Below, in pieces: positions 40,427-53,200 of a stretch of 64,000 bases of DNA. Source of the DNA: Enoplolaimus lenunculus (Eukaryota); NCBI GenBank assembly GCA_030248215.1, contig JASANG010000295.1:248001-312000 (forward strand), read 5' to 3'. Made by a program: the position numbers and the translations under genes. Every line of letters starts with the position of its first letter. Positions within the stretch are counted from its first letter, which is position 1. The notes under the pieces are model-generated. The model saw only the letters and a program-made list of their open reading frames with translations, made no database searches and was not told where the DNA came from.

Positions 40427-42313
40427 ATGTCTTCAACTAACATTGTACCATCTACACGGGTTAATGCTTATTCAAAATGTCAACAGTGTGCAACAGGTAA
40501 CAAAAATTCTCACGTAATGTCAAAATATGAACAAAACACAGCATCACAACGCTCTTTTGGTTTACATAAGCGGCATAATTATTTGCACTGTGGTCTTTCG
40601 CACCATTTAAAGCTGAGCAAAAACGGTACAAAGTTGCGAAACTTGCGTGAAGATTCGGGTTCGGACGTAATCGGTGTGCCGGACAATGTTGGTGGCTCAA
40701 TCCCAAAATCATGTTCGCTTTTTAGTTTTTTTTCTAATGGCATGGTAGGATTGCCTGAAAAACGGGTGTTGTCGAAAATCAGGCGTAAAAAGTCTGTTTC
40801 CGAATCCGCGAGTCATACTCAACCTGGAAAAGACAATTTTGCTGATAGTTACTTTGCAACTTGTATGAATGATAGTGAAGTCAATGGTAATATACACTGT
40901 GACGACAGGGGCCAGCAACATTTTTCTGGTCAGGATCGGGAGCAAGTTTCCAATGTATCGAAACTCTGTGATGCCTTAAAAACCTCTGCGCGCACATATG
41001 AAGCATTAGAAACAGCATCTAGCTTGAAATCCAGAGAAAATAATTTTAACAGAAAATATTGTCGAACGAGCTTTGATGATAATATTGCAAATAATTTGCT
41101 ATGCAAATTGTCAAAATCGGGACCAACATCTAGTAATTATAGTACAGTGTCTACTATAAATAATGATCTTGATATCTACTTAACTACTTATGGTTGTAAC
41201 TCCTTATCGATGAATTCTGCTTTGAACCGTTCTTTCCGTTCCGAAGTTGAAGTAGTGTTAATCAGGACTGAGGAAATGTTTCCTGGATCATTGCGCTCTG
41301 GTAGTTTTGGAAAAACTTTGCTAAGCAATGGGTATAGTAAAAATTCGCGAGTGCATATCTTGGAAAAATCTAATCGAATCGATATTTGGTCAAAACGGAT
41401 TCAACATCAAAGTACTGTTCACGATGGAGCCCAAAAGCTTGACTGGGACGCTGCTTTTCATGTTTGTTACCACAGTGCGGCAGCTGAAAATTTTATAGAG
41501 TCAAAGAAAAGTTGGCAGAGCCAAACTGATTGCATTGAACTACCTACTACTGGGAGATTATTGGTAGATAATACGATCGCAATAAGCTGGCTTCTGATTC
41601 CGAGCAGGGTTGAAAGGCCTTTGAAATTATCTGAAATTATTTCATATCGGTCGTTGTTGGATTACTTAGATACTGAAACAAATGTCTTTCGTAGCACATC
41701 CTCGAACGATTATCATACCCCTTTGTTAACTGCGGACTCAGATGTATTTTACATGAGGTTATGGACGAACTCACTGTCACTAAACGCGTTTTCGTTCATT
41801 ATTTTTTCACAGCTATATGCAGAATATTGGAACACAAAAAATGACACTGCTACAAATATTGCGGACCGATGTTTCTCAGGTATTTATGCAATAATGAATC
41901 GTAGTGCTTCCGAACAATATCAAGACCGTGAGGTAAAGCGGCTGCTACCCAGTGCACCAATATTGAGGTCTAACTTTGACGCAAGTACCCGTAAGATAGC
42001 CGATGTGATCAGTTGGATTAAAAGACCTAGCCCATTTTCAAGCGGATTGAGCTCTGATGTTGCTCATTTAACTGATGGTAGCGAAGAGTCACACTGGAGC
42101 CAACTAAATGAAGAGTTACTATTAAATCCGGATGGTGGTAGTTTGTTTGGTACGAAGAATGATAAACTGGTTTCGTCTCAAGACGAAACGGATGATACAG
42201 AGGTTAGATGTCAGTGTGAATGTATTCGAACTGAAAGTATTGTTGTGGTGCTACCGCTGAACGGTGCTGGACCGTATACAACCGCTGACGATGTATGTAT
42301 TGTTTTTGAATGA
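40427..42313 (+). CDS. Uncharacterised intronless 628-aa ORF; possible readthrough extension of ANKRD13C or second cistron
   Basis: A 1887-nt open frame is very unlikely by chance in AT-rich DNA. It is preceded by a strong acceptor (caattttgttttag| 40404). Ser/Asn-rich N-terminal half and a more hydrophobic central part. No family recognised. Confidence 0.7.
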   Translation: MSSTNIVPSTRVNAYSKCQQCATGNKNSHVMSKYEQNTASQRSFGLHKRHNYLHCGLSHHLKLSKNGTKLRNLREDSGSDVIGVPDNVGGSIPKSCSLFSFFSNGMVGLPEKRVLSKIRRKKSVSESASHTQPGKDNFADSYFATCMNDSEVNGNIHCDDRGQQHFSGQDREQVSNVSKLCDALKTSARTYEALETASSLKSRENNFNRKYCRTSFDDNIANNLLCKLSKSGPTSSNYSTVSTINNDLDIYLTTYGCNSLSMNSALNRSFRSEVEVVLIRTEEMFPGSLRSGSFGKTLLSNGYSKNSRVHILEKSNRIDIWSKRIQHQSTVHDGAQKLDWDAAFHVCYHSAAAENFIESKKSWQSQTDCIELPTTGRLLVDNTIAISWLLIPSRVERPLKLSEIISYRSLLDYLDTETNVFRSTSSNDYHTPLLTADSDVFYMRLWTNSLSLNAFSFIIFSQLYAEYWNTKNDTATNIADRCFSGIYAIMNRSASEQYQDREVKRLLPSAPILRSNFDASTRKIADVISWIKRPSPFSSGLSSDVAHLTDGSEESHWSQLNEELLLNPDGGSLFGTKNDKLVSSQDETDDTEVRCQCECIRTESIVVVLPLNGAGPYTTADDVCIVFE

Positions 42314-44180
42314 ATGAAACTTGTGATTAATAAGTTAAATAGTTTATTGATTAAAACTGCGTTAAGTATACGCCTGGCCTGAGTTAATTACGTCCACAAA
42401 CAGAAAGCGTTTTAAAACCTTTGTTGGAGTTTTGGAGCACGGTTTTAAGTTAACTAATTGTAGTATGAGTTAATAGTATCACTAAAACGTTCTCTGCTGT
42501 AGTACTTTTAACATTGTGTTAGAATATGCAAACCTTCGGGGTAGAATGAAAGGTGGAAACAAGAATCAACTTTTTAAGCAATCATTTCTGGCCAGAACTA
42601 TACTGTGTGATTTGCTGTTGTCGATAACCACGTAATACTCCGGTGACTCTATCGCATTAATGATTAACAGTGTGAACTATTAATTCTGATACATTGATGT
42701 AGCAAATATATCACATTGTTTTTCGTATGTATGTATTATAAGCCAGGTGTTATGTTTTTCTTAGAGTATTTGTATTATTTTTGTCAATAATATTGGTATG
42801 CAGTATGTAGATAGCAGTAGAGAATTAAGGACGACAAATTTCGTTTTTAAGATGTAAATCACAACACACCAAATCGCATCTAAACATTCTCCAGATGCCT
42901 CATTTTGATATCTATCAATGTACGCGTCTGTTTAGCGGTCAGTATGCATAACTTTCATATGATACTTGAACATTTTTTAGCTAAAACGTAAAAAAACTTG
43001 AGATCGTTAATAGAAAATGATCAATTTGATATTTGAAATACCTTTGCTCGTTAGATGATAAAACTCTACTATGTCGATTGATATGAGTTTCTGCGAAGAA
43101 AATGGGACACATGTGTGCTTGATTCCCGTACAAACTTAATTTTTGTTTTTCAGTGGTTTTGTTTATGAACTGTCAGGATTGTGACTGTGGTTTAAGGAAC
43201 TTTTAAATATTAACTATATAGGACTGCATTGCAGGATTAAACGGATAGTAAAAATAATGCATATGGAAGCTGATAGCGATCAAAACAACGGAAAGAAAAC
43301 GAATATTGAAGTAAAAAATACATGGATATTCACACAATATAATTGATGTATGCAAATATTCACTGTGTTTATTAAAATTTTATGGAAAAATAGCGGATGC
43401 TCCATATTATTTAAGATTTTGGATGAATTTGTCATTTTTATTTCATATTGAACAATTGAATCATATCTGTATGAGTAATTATGAGCGATTTATACTTAAT
43501 CTAGAAGTAATTTTGAGCATAAAGGGAATTATCTGGTATTTCTGTAAGAAAAACGGACACCCTATTTTTAAAGGATTCGGATATCCTGTTACACCTAGCC
43601 AGCAGGGTGCAACCGGAATTCCGGTTGCAGTAAATTTGTTTCGGAATTAAAAATTTCGGTATTAAAATTTGGTCGGTGGAAATTAACATACTTTGCTATA
43701 AAATGACGATAAAGAGTAATTTCATTAGTATAGTATACAAACCTTGACAATCGCCAAAAATACATCGAAGGTAGAGTTCGCTTCCGTGGATTATGAAATC
43801 TAAATACTGCGGATACAGTGAATACCTATCTCCAACTAGGGTTATTTCACCAATAATATTGCAAAAAAGAAAATTAAAACGATTTTTTCAGTGTTTCAAA
43901 TTTCGGTTCCGGTAAATTGTAATTCCGGTTGCACGCTGTCTGCCAGGGATGGGCGGTCTCGATCAAAAAAGCGAGACCGAGATAAATACTTTCCGAGATT
44001 TTCGGTCTCGGTCGCAGTCAATTTTTAACCGTTATCGAAAATTAATACAAATAAGATTTTTGAAACAAAGTTTAAGTTTTGAATATTTTTATTTGTTCTG
44101 AATTCCCGTTTCAAACAAAGTAATAAATTGCCGCCAAACTATTTTTTACTTTATTTTTAACATGGCTACTGTCCCTATAC

Positions 44181-44512
44181 CCTTCGAACAGGCTCGGAAC
44201 AAAACCCACTGTGTCAAAACACACTCGTTGCAATCCCTAATTCAAAGCTATCGTGTTGTGTTTGATCCAGTGCAAACCGAATAAACTGGAGAGTTTTTTG
44301 ACATAGTGTAGACGTTATAAATGCGGATGACTCAAAATGTTAAACGTGTCCCTATAACCTTCGAACAGGCTCGGAACAAAACCCACTGTCTGAAAACACA
44401 CTCGTTACAATCCCTAATTCAAAGCTATCGTGTTGTGTTTTATCCAAGGCAAACCGAATAAACTGGAGAATTTTTTGACATAGCGTAGACGTTATAAATG
44501 CGGATGACTCAT
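44181..44512. repeat. Tandem duplication, period 177 bp
   Basis: CCTTCGAACAGGCTCGGAACAAAACCCACTGT.. at 44181 and 44358. Confidence 0.9.
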
Positions 44513-47500
44513 ACTTTGTTAATTCCTGCTTTCTATAACGGAAACGAACATTAATCATTACCAGAAAAAACACATCCTGATAGACTGACACAAAGTTTAA
44601 TGATTAAATATCCTTTCTGCACAAACAAAAATATTTCTATTGGCGAGTAAGACTTACTGCCATGTAAAGTTGCGAATATGTTTCATTAATGCAGTCTGCA
44701 AACTGTTGTCAAAATTAAACGCGTTGTAGGTTTAGTTGGTTTGCCTTTAAGACATCTTGAAAATAGGATTCAACCCTAGTTTTATACTTTTACATGTTGA
44801 GATAAAGAAACATATAACTTTACAAGCGACTATTAGGAGCACTTTTTCCACTAGTTTCATCAAGTTTTGCGAAAACGCAACAAAATTTAATTGAAAAAAT
44901 GAACAAACACTCATATCGACGTAACAATTTTTAAAGACACAGTTTTTTATATTTAAATGATTAGGCATAATTTGCTACGAGACCGTAAAAATTTCGGTTC
45001 CTGCATCTTTGAATGCAGGAACAGGAACAGGAATTAAATGTTTGCAGGAATTCCGACCGGAACAAGAATTCCGGTTGAATGGTAGGCATCGGATATTTTT
45101 TCATATCCGGATATCTGGCAATTTTTGCGGGATATTTAATATCCGAGCATCCGAAATGAAATTTTCTATTTTGGATATCCGAAACTCAATTTTGCGTTGT
45201 TTTGTGTTTCTGAACCACAATTTTCGTTTCTGAAAACGAAGTACCCTGACCCACAAGCTGATTGTTATGAGCGTAAGATATACAATTGTAAAAATGGTTA
45301 TTTATTATGCAAGTGCCTCAGTAGTTTTGCGTATTCGATTTAGAAGATTGCTAGTGAGAAATACATACTTGCGTTGGCCACCTGAAATTGAGTTGATATG
45401 GTTTGTCTCCCTCCCTTCGTTATACTCTGCATTGATACTATCCGTTGAAGTAAACGTTTATTTATCTTGTATCAAAACCTTGAGAGATAATGCAAGAAAG
45501 GGTGCAACCGGAGGTAAAAAATCCCGGAGCCTGACAGAGGTCAGCAAACCTTGCTGGTGCCGGAGGTGAGGCGAAATTAGGTAGTTAAAATATTAATTTG
45601 TTACTTTATAGACAATATCCGTAATGTATTGTTAATAAATTGTTTCGATTTTCCGCTTTTATTTTTTGCGAAATCTTCGCAATTTTTTCCTCAAACATGA
45701 GCCAAACTTTAAAGGGAAACGCGCCAAACATAAATTTTGTGAAACAGCAAAATGTCACTACCGAAACTGCCGGAATCTACGGCAATTTTATACGGAGCTG
45801 GGGATCAATTTTCTATCGGAGGCAGACCTCCCGATGTACCGTGATGCCAGATTTAGAATGTACGTTCGAAACTAACTATGCCTTAAAGTTTCGGCCAATG
45901 TAAAGAACAGGGGCGGAGCAGTATTCCTAAGCCTAAGTCTAAACCTAAGCGTAAGAATGAGCACATTCCTAAGCTTAAGCCATAAAAAATTAGTCTAAAG
46001 CTTATTACGCTTTCTCTATCGTAGTCCCACAGAAAAACTCCGTCCCTGATCTTTAAGTACATGGGCCGGCCAACGTTTCGAACTCAACTGTATTTCGTGC
46101 TGGAGTCATTTATGTATGCATTGCAATTTGGGATAATTGACATATTTATCAGGGTGCAACCGGAGGTGTAAAATACCGAAGCCGGAGGTCATCGAAACTT
46201 GCCGGAGTCGAGGTGAGGCGAAGTTAGGTAGTAAGAAATGATGGTTAATTTGGTAGTTTTAGCCAATTCTGCAATATGTTGTTAAGTTGTTTGATTTTAG
46301 GCTAATTTTATTCGAAATTTCGGAAATTCTGAGCCGGAAGTAGACCTCCGGTTGTACCGTGATATTTATGGACTCTTATTTATGGTTTAGAGAGTCTCTT
46401 ATACGGGGTTTTATGCGGGATTCGAACTCCTATTGATTAGGTATCAAAATGGGGATCCCCTCTTACTCGGGTTAATACAGTAGGTTTAAATTTTAGGATA
46501 TTTTTACTTGGGTTAGTGTTGAGGCTTAAACTATAGGAATGTATTTTATTTGTTACATTGCTAAAAGTAATTTTGGCCCCTAGTGATGGTCATCAGATAT
46601 TTTTTCACATCCCAAATATCCAGATATCCGAAGTTAAATTTTCAAGTTCGGTTGTATCCGTTTGGGTTTCCGAACCTCAACTTTCATTTCAAGCGCTTGT
46701 TTTAAGTTGTTGCTCTAAGGGAAGTATATACTTTGACCCACAACCTGCCCACTCTTCGTCTGATTTAAACCACAGCAATGCAGGGTGTTAACAGATAATA
46801 AAAATAACAGAAACGAATAGCGAGCAAAATATTAACAGAAAGAGAAAACGGATATTGAAGTATAAAAGATCATTATATTTCTGTCAGCACAATTAAGGCG
46901 TGTAAAAATTAACCAGGCTTTCCTAGATTTAAAAAATGTCCGATGCATTGAAATGCAGGCCAATATTATTCTAAAGGTCGTCGCCGGCCTATTTTCTAAA
47001 AACTAGTGAATACTTTCGTTGGCAACCGGAAATTGAATTGATTTGGCTTGTCCTCCGCCTGATTTAACCAGCTACTATAGAGTTTCCATCGAATCTCACC
47101 CTTCCCTCAAACTATGTATACATACACGAGTCGTTTTTCGTTCCAAGAAGAATGGACTACATTGAAACATGTTTGCTAAATCGTACAAACATCAGCTCAA
47201 GTTACTTTTAGTGGTGCCCCGCTTTCCGCGGCGGATACATAACGGCCAACATATAGCATGGCCGGACCATTTTCGGCAGGAATTTCGCGTAAGTGCGCAA
47301 CCAGGCCGATATTTTTGAGATGGTCAACAGTAGTTATAAGCATGTTCGCAAGCTTAAGCTTCAACATAAGGATAAGCCTACGAAAAAACTGTCTAAATAT
47401 TAAACTTCATCTCATGGGCCAAAAACCGCGTGGGTTTCGATGACAGACTACAGCAGTAAAAAATCCTGTGCTGCCGTGGCTTCTTTTCGAAGAAAAATTT

Positions 47501-48756
47501 GACAACCCAAAGTTACACAACTGTTCCTGTAATGCAAACAAAATCACGTCAAAAATCAAGCACGGTATACGAACAAACTAACCAGAAGCTGCACGTACAG
47601 TGAACAAACCATATTTAATATTATTCTTATAGTCCCAAAACTAAGTACTTACACAGATCTATAAAAATACAACGAATCATCGGAATACATCCAGATCCGG
47701 TAATGTTCAACCAGATGTCTGTCTCCAGTTGCGAAATAAAATCGAGCATTAATGCTGTATATAATATATGCGCCGGCCAAAAGTCTTGGCAATTTCTTTA
47801 TACTGTAGTAAACAGAATAATAGGGGGACTGATTTAAGAATGTACTTTCAAACTTAAGCATGGTTTAAAGTTTCGAGCTCAACTTTATTTGGTTCTGGAG
47901 TCTGGAGTCATTTATACATTACAGTTAGAGATAATTGACGTTTATGGACCCTGGTTCCAAATTCAGCTCTAAAAATTTGACGAAACCTCACATTTTTGAA
48001 CATCAAATTCTGCATCACAAATAGTTCAAGTTCAGGCTCCGGCACATACTGATGACCACTGGCTACAGTATATATATTCCGCGTACGATTGTTAAACCTT
48101 AGTACAAAATGTTAGCTCTGATCTTTGTTGCGGGGTCGAGGTCGGGGTGGCTCCCTTGGATCCGCCTCTGCAATGGAACTTGGCGGTCGAAACCGAGAAA
48201 TGACTCGAATTTTGTGAAACAATGCATTTGCAATTACTAACTCTTTCAGGAATGGGTTAAACAAACATCTGGTTACATCCATATTGACAAAATACATAAA
48301 TGATTATCAAAGCGGTTCATGGCACATTATTGTCGAATATAACATGCAAATCATGTTTTAGTCATATGTATATGCTGTCATGCTGGCTGGGTTTGTGAAA
48401 TCTTACTTAAGTATTTACTTAAGTTGTTTTTATTAAGTAATTATTTAAGTTGTTTATTTAAGTAAATACTTAACTTTTCGAACAAAAAAACAGATAAATG
48501 CCAAACGTAAGCCACTGTCACAACAAAATAGCAATAGTTCTGCTTTATATTGAAGAAGCAGCATGTGTCTACAAGTTCAGTTAGAGCAAGATCAGCATGC
48601 CTTAGCTGCTAATCTGTAATATGTCAAATTTTGCCAGCAACTTAAGTATTTACTTAACTTAAGTAAGCTTTTAGCAACGACAATGGTTAAGTAATTACTT
48701 TGTTTTGAGTTTATTTTGTTTCTCGCACATGTATAAATTTAGCACATGATGGTGCG

Positions 48757-48968
48757 TGTTCGATGCAAAGACTTGGCTGGGTTAACTTTAAGATGAACTT
48801 AAAAATATGAAGTTGTTATTCTGCTAATAAATGTCTCGCTAATACGAAGTTTTTTGAATATTGTTCGATGCAAAGACTTGGCTGGGTTAACTTTAAGATG
48901 AACTTAAAAATATGAAGTTGTTATTCTGCTAATAAATGTCTCGCTAATCCGAAGTTTTTTGAATATTG
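48757..48968. repeat. Near-perfect tandem duplication, period 105 bp
   Basis: TGTTCGATGCAAAGACTTGGCTGGG.. at 48757 and 48862. Confidence 0.9.
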
Positions 48969-50277
48969 ATATGTTTCAGTTAAGAAATCAAGATTTTAAA
49001 TCATCATGGAACAATTATACAAGAATGTGGTTTAATATTCTAGCTGAGGTTTGGAAACAGAATTTCTTTCGTAACTCCAGCTACTTTGGTGGTGAAATCA
49101 TGCAAATAATTCCAAAAAAAATTTAAACAATAGCATTTCGGATATCCGGCGGATATCCGGATATCCGGATACACGTTTCCGGATACACGTTTCTTTTCGG
49201 ATACATATCCGGATATTTTTCATATCCGGATATCCGGTGCCCATCTGTACTGGAGCAGTGGGACAGCGGGACATTTTGGACAATGGACAAGTTGGGACAG
49301 CAGGACATTTGGGACAGATGGGACAGCGGGCAGTCGTTCTACGTTCCAAGAAGAAACAACCACACTGAATTATACTTTGCTAAATTGTAAAAACATCAGC
49401 CCATGTTACTAATGCCCCGCTTTCTGCGGCGGATCCAGAAATTTTGGACGGGGGCAGACTGTCAAATGTTGCCAAACGCAATTGTTCGCCAAAAAATAAT
49501 CTGGGGGAAATTGTAAGGTAAAACTAGGGACTTTATCATTTTTTTACAAAAAAGTTTCGGGTAGGGAAAATTGTGAGGTACTTATGGATCTTATAAATTT
49601 ATCACAAAAAAATTTCTGAGGGCAATTGTACCTTGCCGTTTTGTCATAAAAATTTCTGATTTGGTGCGTACGTCCGTCCGCCCCATTCTGGATCTGCTAG
49701 TGTCCGCTTTCTCACTAGACCGCAATAGATTAGGCTTAAATTTTAGCCTATTTTTTGCTTGGACTTAAGTTCAGCTTTGTTTTAGACGTGTGTTTATTAC
49801 TTTGAGGAGGCTTAAACTTAGGAATTCACTGTTATAAATTTTGATTTTGATGAAAAAACAAAGACTATTAATAAAGCTTTTTTTTCATCAAATTAATGAA
49901 GCTGCTTATTTTGTAAACGGAACAACTATAACGCACCAATGCGCTCGCCAATGTCAAAAAATGTCCCACCATTTCAATACCTAGCTAATTTACGAACACT
50001 CTCTAAAAATAATTTCCAAAATTTTAGCTAGCTATACAAATGACCAACAAAATAAAAGCGAAGGGCAGCAGAAATCTTGCTTATGCTACGCTTGCTCATG
50101 TTACTTCTAAGAGCTAGAGCTTTAGACAGTTTTTTGTTTTGTTTTTGACATCCTTATGCCAAAACTTTAAATTGAATTGGAAGGTCTTACTTTATGAAAT
50201 AGAATACTTATGGTCTGTTTGCCGTGGACATTTTTTTTTGCAAATCACACGTTTAGCTTATAGATATCTGAGCTTTT

Positions 50278-53200
50278 TCATCTGAACGGTGACAACTGAT
50301 TGGGAAGCGATTTATGAATAGGTGTTGAATCAGGACTAGAAACAGGTTGTGTATTGTCTGCTGAGCAAATACATGGAGACGCGTTACTTGACGGAACAAT
50401 AAGTTCGTCCCAGCGTTCAAGATTTGCCTTGAGTTGATGAAGCGGACATCCTGGTTCAGTTATTTTTGGAGCTAATTCAGCGAGGCATTGGAACAGTTCC
50501 ATCACGAACATAACAATGAACGCTTGCTAGAATAGTAAGTATATAAAAATTGGACCAGTGTATAGAACATTGCCGTAACAGAAGTATAAGCTTTATTCCT
50601 AATAGTAAGTGTAGGTTTTCCATTTCAGTTTTGTTTAGTTATTTTAATCACTACTGTAGTGACCCGAATAAGAGGGGGCAATAAAATGGGTCCCCATTGT
50701 GGATTTCAATCAGCAGTCTGTATCCCTAATAAGAGTCCGTAATTGAATAGAGTCCCTAAACCATAATTAGAGTCCATAAATGTCAATTTATCTCTAATAT
50801 AGTGCATAAATAACTCCAGGACCAAAAAAGTTGAGTTCGAAACTTTAAAGCAAACTTAGGTTTTGAAATTTTACATTCCTAAATATAAGGTTGCATTATC
50901 GCTCAAGCTTTTGATGCAGGACAAATAAACGTTTAATTCAACGGGTAGTTGCAATACCGAATATATACCAGTAACGAAGGGTGGCGAAGGGCGGGTTAAA
51001 ATAAATAACAGTCCGTAACCAAATAATACGAGGGTACCCTTTGCAGAGGGCAAATCAGTCTTCCACCCTCTCATTCGAGCCCATACAGTAAGCCTATACC
51101 TAAGCCTAAACAAAAAATAAAAATAATTAGTAGAAAGCCTAATTTTACTTTATTGCGGTGCTGCAAAAAGCGGCCTGCTCTTAATTGTATACATGGGCCA
51201 AAATGGTGCTACGGTGCATTCAACGTCTGTGATACGTTGTTTAATTTCAGTTTTCCAATTCGATGGTGCCAGAACATTAAAAATATTAAAGAATTTTAAT
51301 TAGAAAATTCTGACATGCATTTGATGTATCAGGGTGCAACCGGAGGATAAAATTACCAGAGCCGGAGGTCAACGCAGTTTGCCGGAGCAGGCAGCGATGA
51401 TGAACTACAAAATTCTGACACCTGGAATCATGTGATAATCAATTATTATTCTCAGAATTTGTTTTGAGTTTTATTTTTCAGAAATTTCGGCAATAACAGC
51501 AAATTTAGCACAAACAAAGCAATTGAACAACACAACTTTCATAAAATTACGAAAAAATTTTGTTACCAAAATTACCCGAACCTCCAGAAAAATTCTGCAG
51601 GAATCGGAGGTTGCTGTTCTACCAAGATCAATAAACAGACCTTCCATTGTACCATGGTTTATCATGGAATTTGAACAGAATTTAGCGTTCATTTGACGTA
51701 GCCGTAAGGTAAAACCTATGTTTCTACAAGAATTTAACAGTGCTAACTCAAACCTGCACAGTCCAAAATTTTTGCACCTGAGTTTCCGGTTTGTTGCACT
51801 TTCCTCGTTGAAATTTAATCAGCGAAATTGGAAGTTGTAACTTTTCCTCTTCTTCTGTTTGACCGGCGTATTCTTCAATGATACGATCCGCCCATATCTA
51901 AATAGTTTACCGTAACATTATATGCTTGGAAAACATATCTCACAAATTTCTAAACTTGCAATAAACGGTCGCTGCTTTTAGCATACAAAGTATTTAAAAA
52001 CTCTGTATCGAATGTTTAGCTGAAGCAGATGTCTTGAACGATATTATTTTAATACACACGCTTGTCATAATATTGAAAATAGCGGTACCATTTAAAAATT
52101 AGGGCAATAATTTTAAGCGTATCTTTTTGCAACCCATGTATAGAACAGGGCCGGAACAGTAGTATAGGCATATTCCTAAGCCTAAGCGTATGGATGAGCC
52201 TATTTCTAAGCCTAAGCCTAAACCTAAGCCTAAGCAAAAAAAATTAGTCTAAAGCTTAAATTGACTCTATTATAGCCCCTCCAGAAAACGATCCGGCCCT
52301 GTTCTATACATTGGCCCTTTTTGCTTACATTGCATTTATCCCAAGGTCTTGCCGGATTGCTAATATCCGCCGCTTTCACCAGTATTCGCAAAAGCATATC
52401 AACTGCGTTGATTTCTTGGCTGTTTTGAGATCGAAAACGACCTGATTGTAAACTGGGAAAGACTTGTTTAAATAGTTGCACATTCTAAAACGAAATTTCC
52501 CAAATATATTTTCAAATAGTGATTGTTTCCAGTACTTGGCATGCTGTGTTTAAAGTTGTAGGAGATACATTTTACAATCACAAAATGGCAAACAATACAT
52601 TGAAAAGAATACAATGAATCAATATTTGAAAAGTGAATTTGTTAAGCGTTCTTGAAAAGTTAGTGATAATCAGCACGTTTAATTTAACGCATTGTTGGGT
52701 GTTGGAGGTATGGTCAAACAGCTATTGAAATATTTTTGATATACCTACGAAATATTTCAAAATAAAAATTTCGTGTAAAAGAAGTTTGAATAGTTACAGG
52801 GTATAATTACGTTTCTGACAGGGTTGTGGTAGCGCAAACCTTACCTGAAAATGTTGCGACATGTCCGTTGCAATTACCATACTAATGATAAGCTTGCGTA
52901 TACGATTAAAATCACTGCGTGATAAATGCGCAAAGATATTACAATTTGAATTTTGAACTGTCAGTCTCCACGATATTGAGGCGTGATGATTTTCGAGAAC
53001 TGAAAACAAAATTCAAAAATATCGAAAGAATGAACAGACGTCTGAAAAATATGGGAGAAAAAGACTGTCCGCCTAACATCCTGATCGCATGAGAAACGAG
53101 TTATTCTGGAGAGGAGACGGGATCAAAGTAAAAGGTTTTTTGAAGCTTTCTAGATAAGTCGTCCAACCATATTTCGAACCATCGCTGCAGGTACATGATT

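Noticed and set aside
42400..50200. Short ORFs between the 628-aa ORF and PDE8 (and similar ones at 31276-32117, 57547-57904)
   Set aside because: They overlap MITEs or simple repeats and show no recognisable protein motifs or coherent splice chain.
52170..52240. Interstitial telomeric (TTAGGC)n tract
   Set aside because: The repeats are short, degenerate and mostly enclosed by the same MITE termini.
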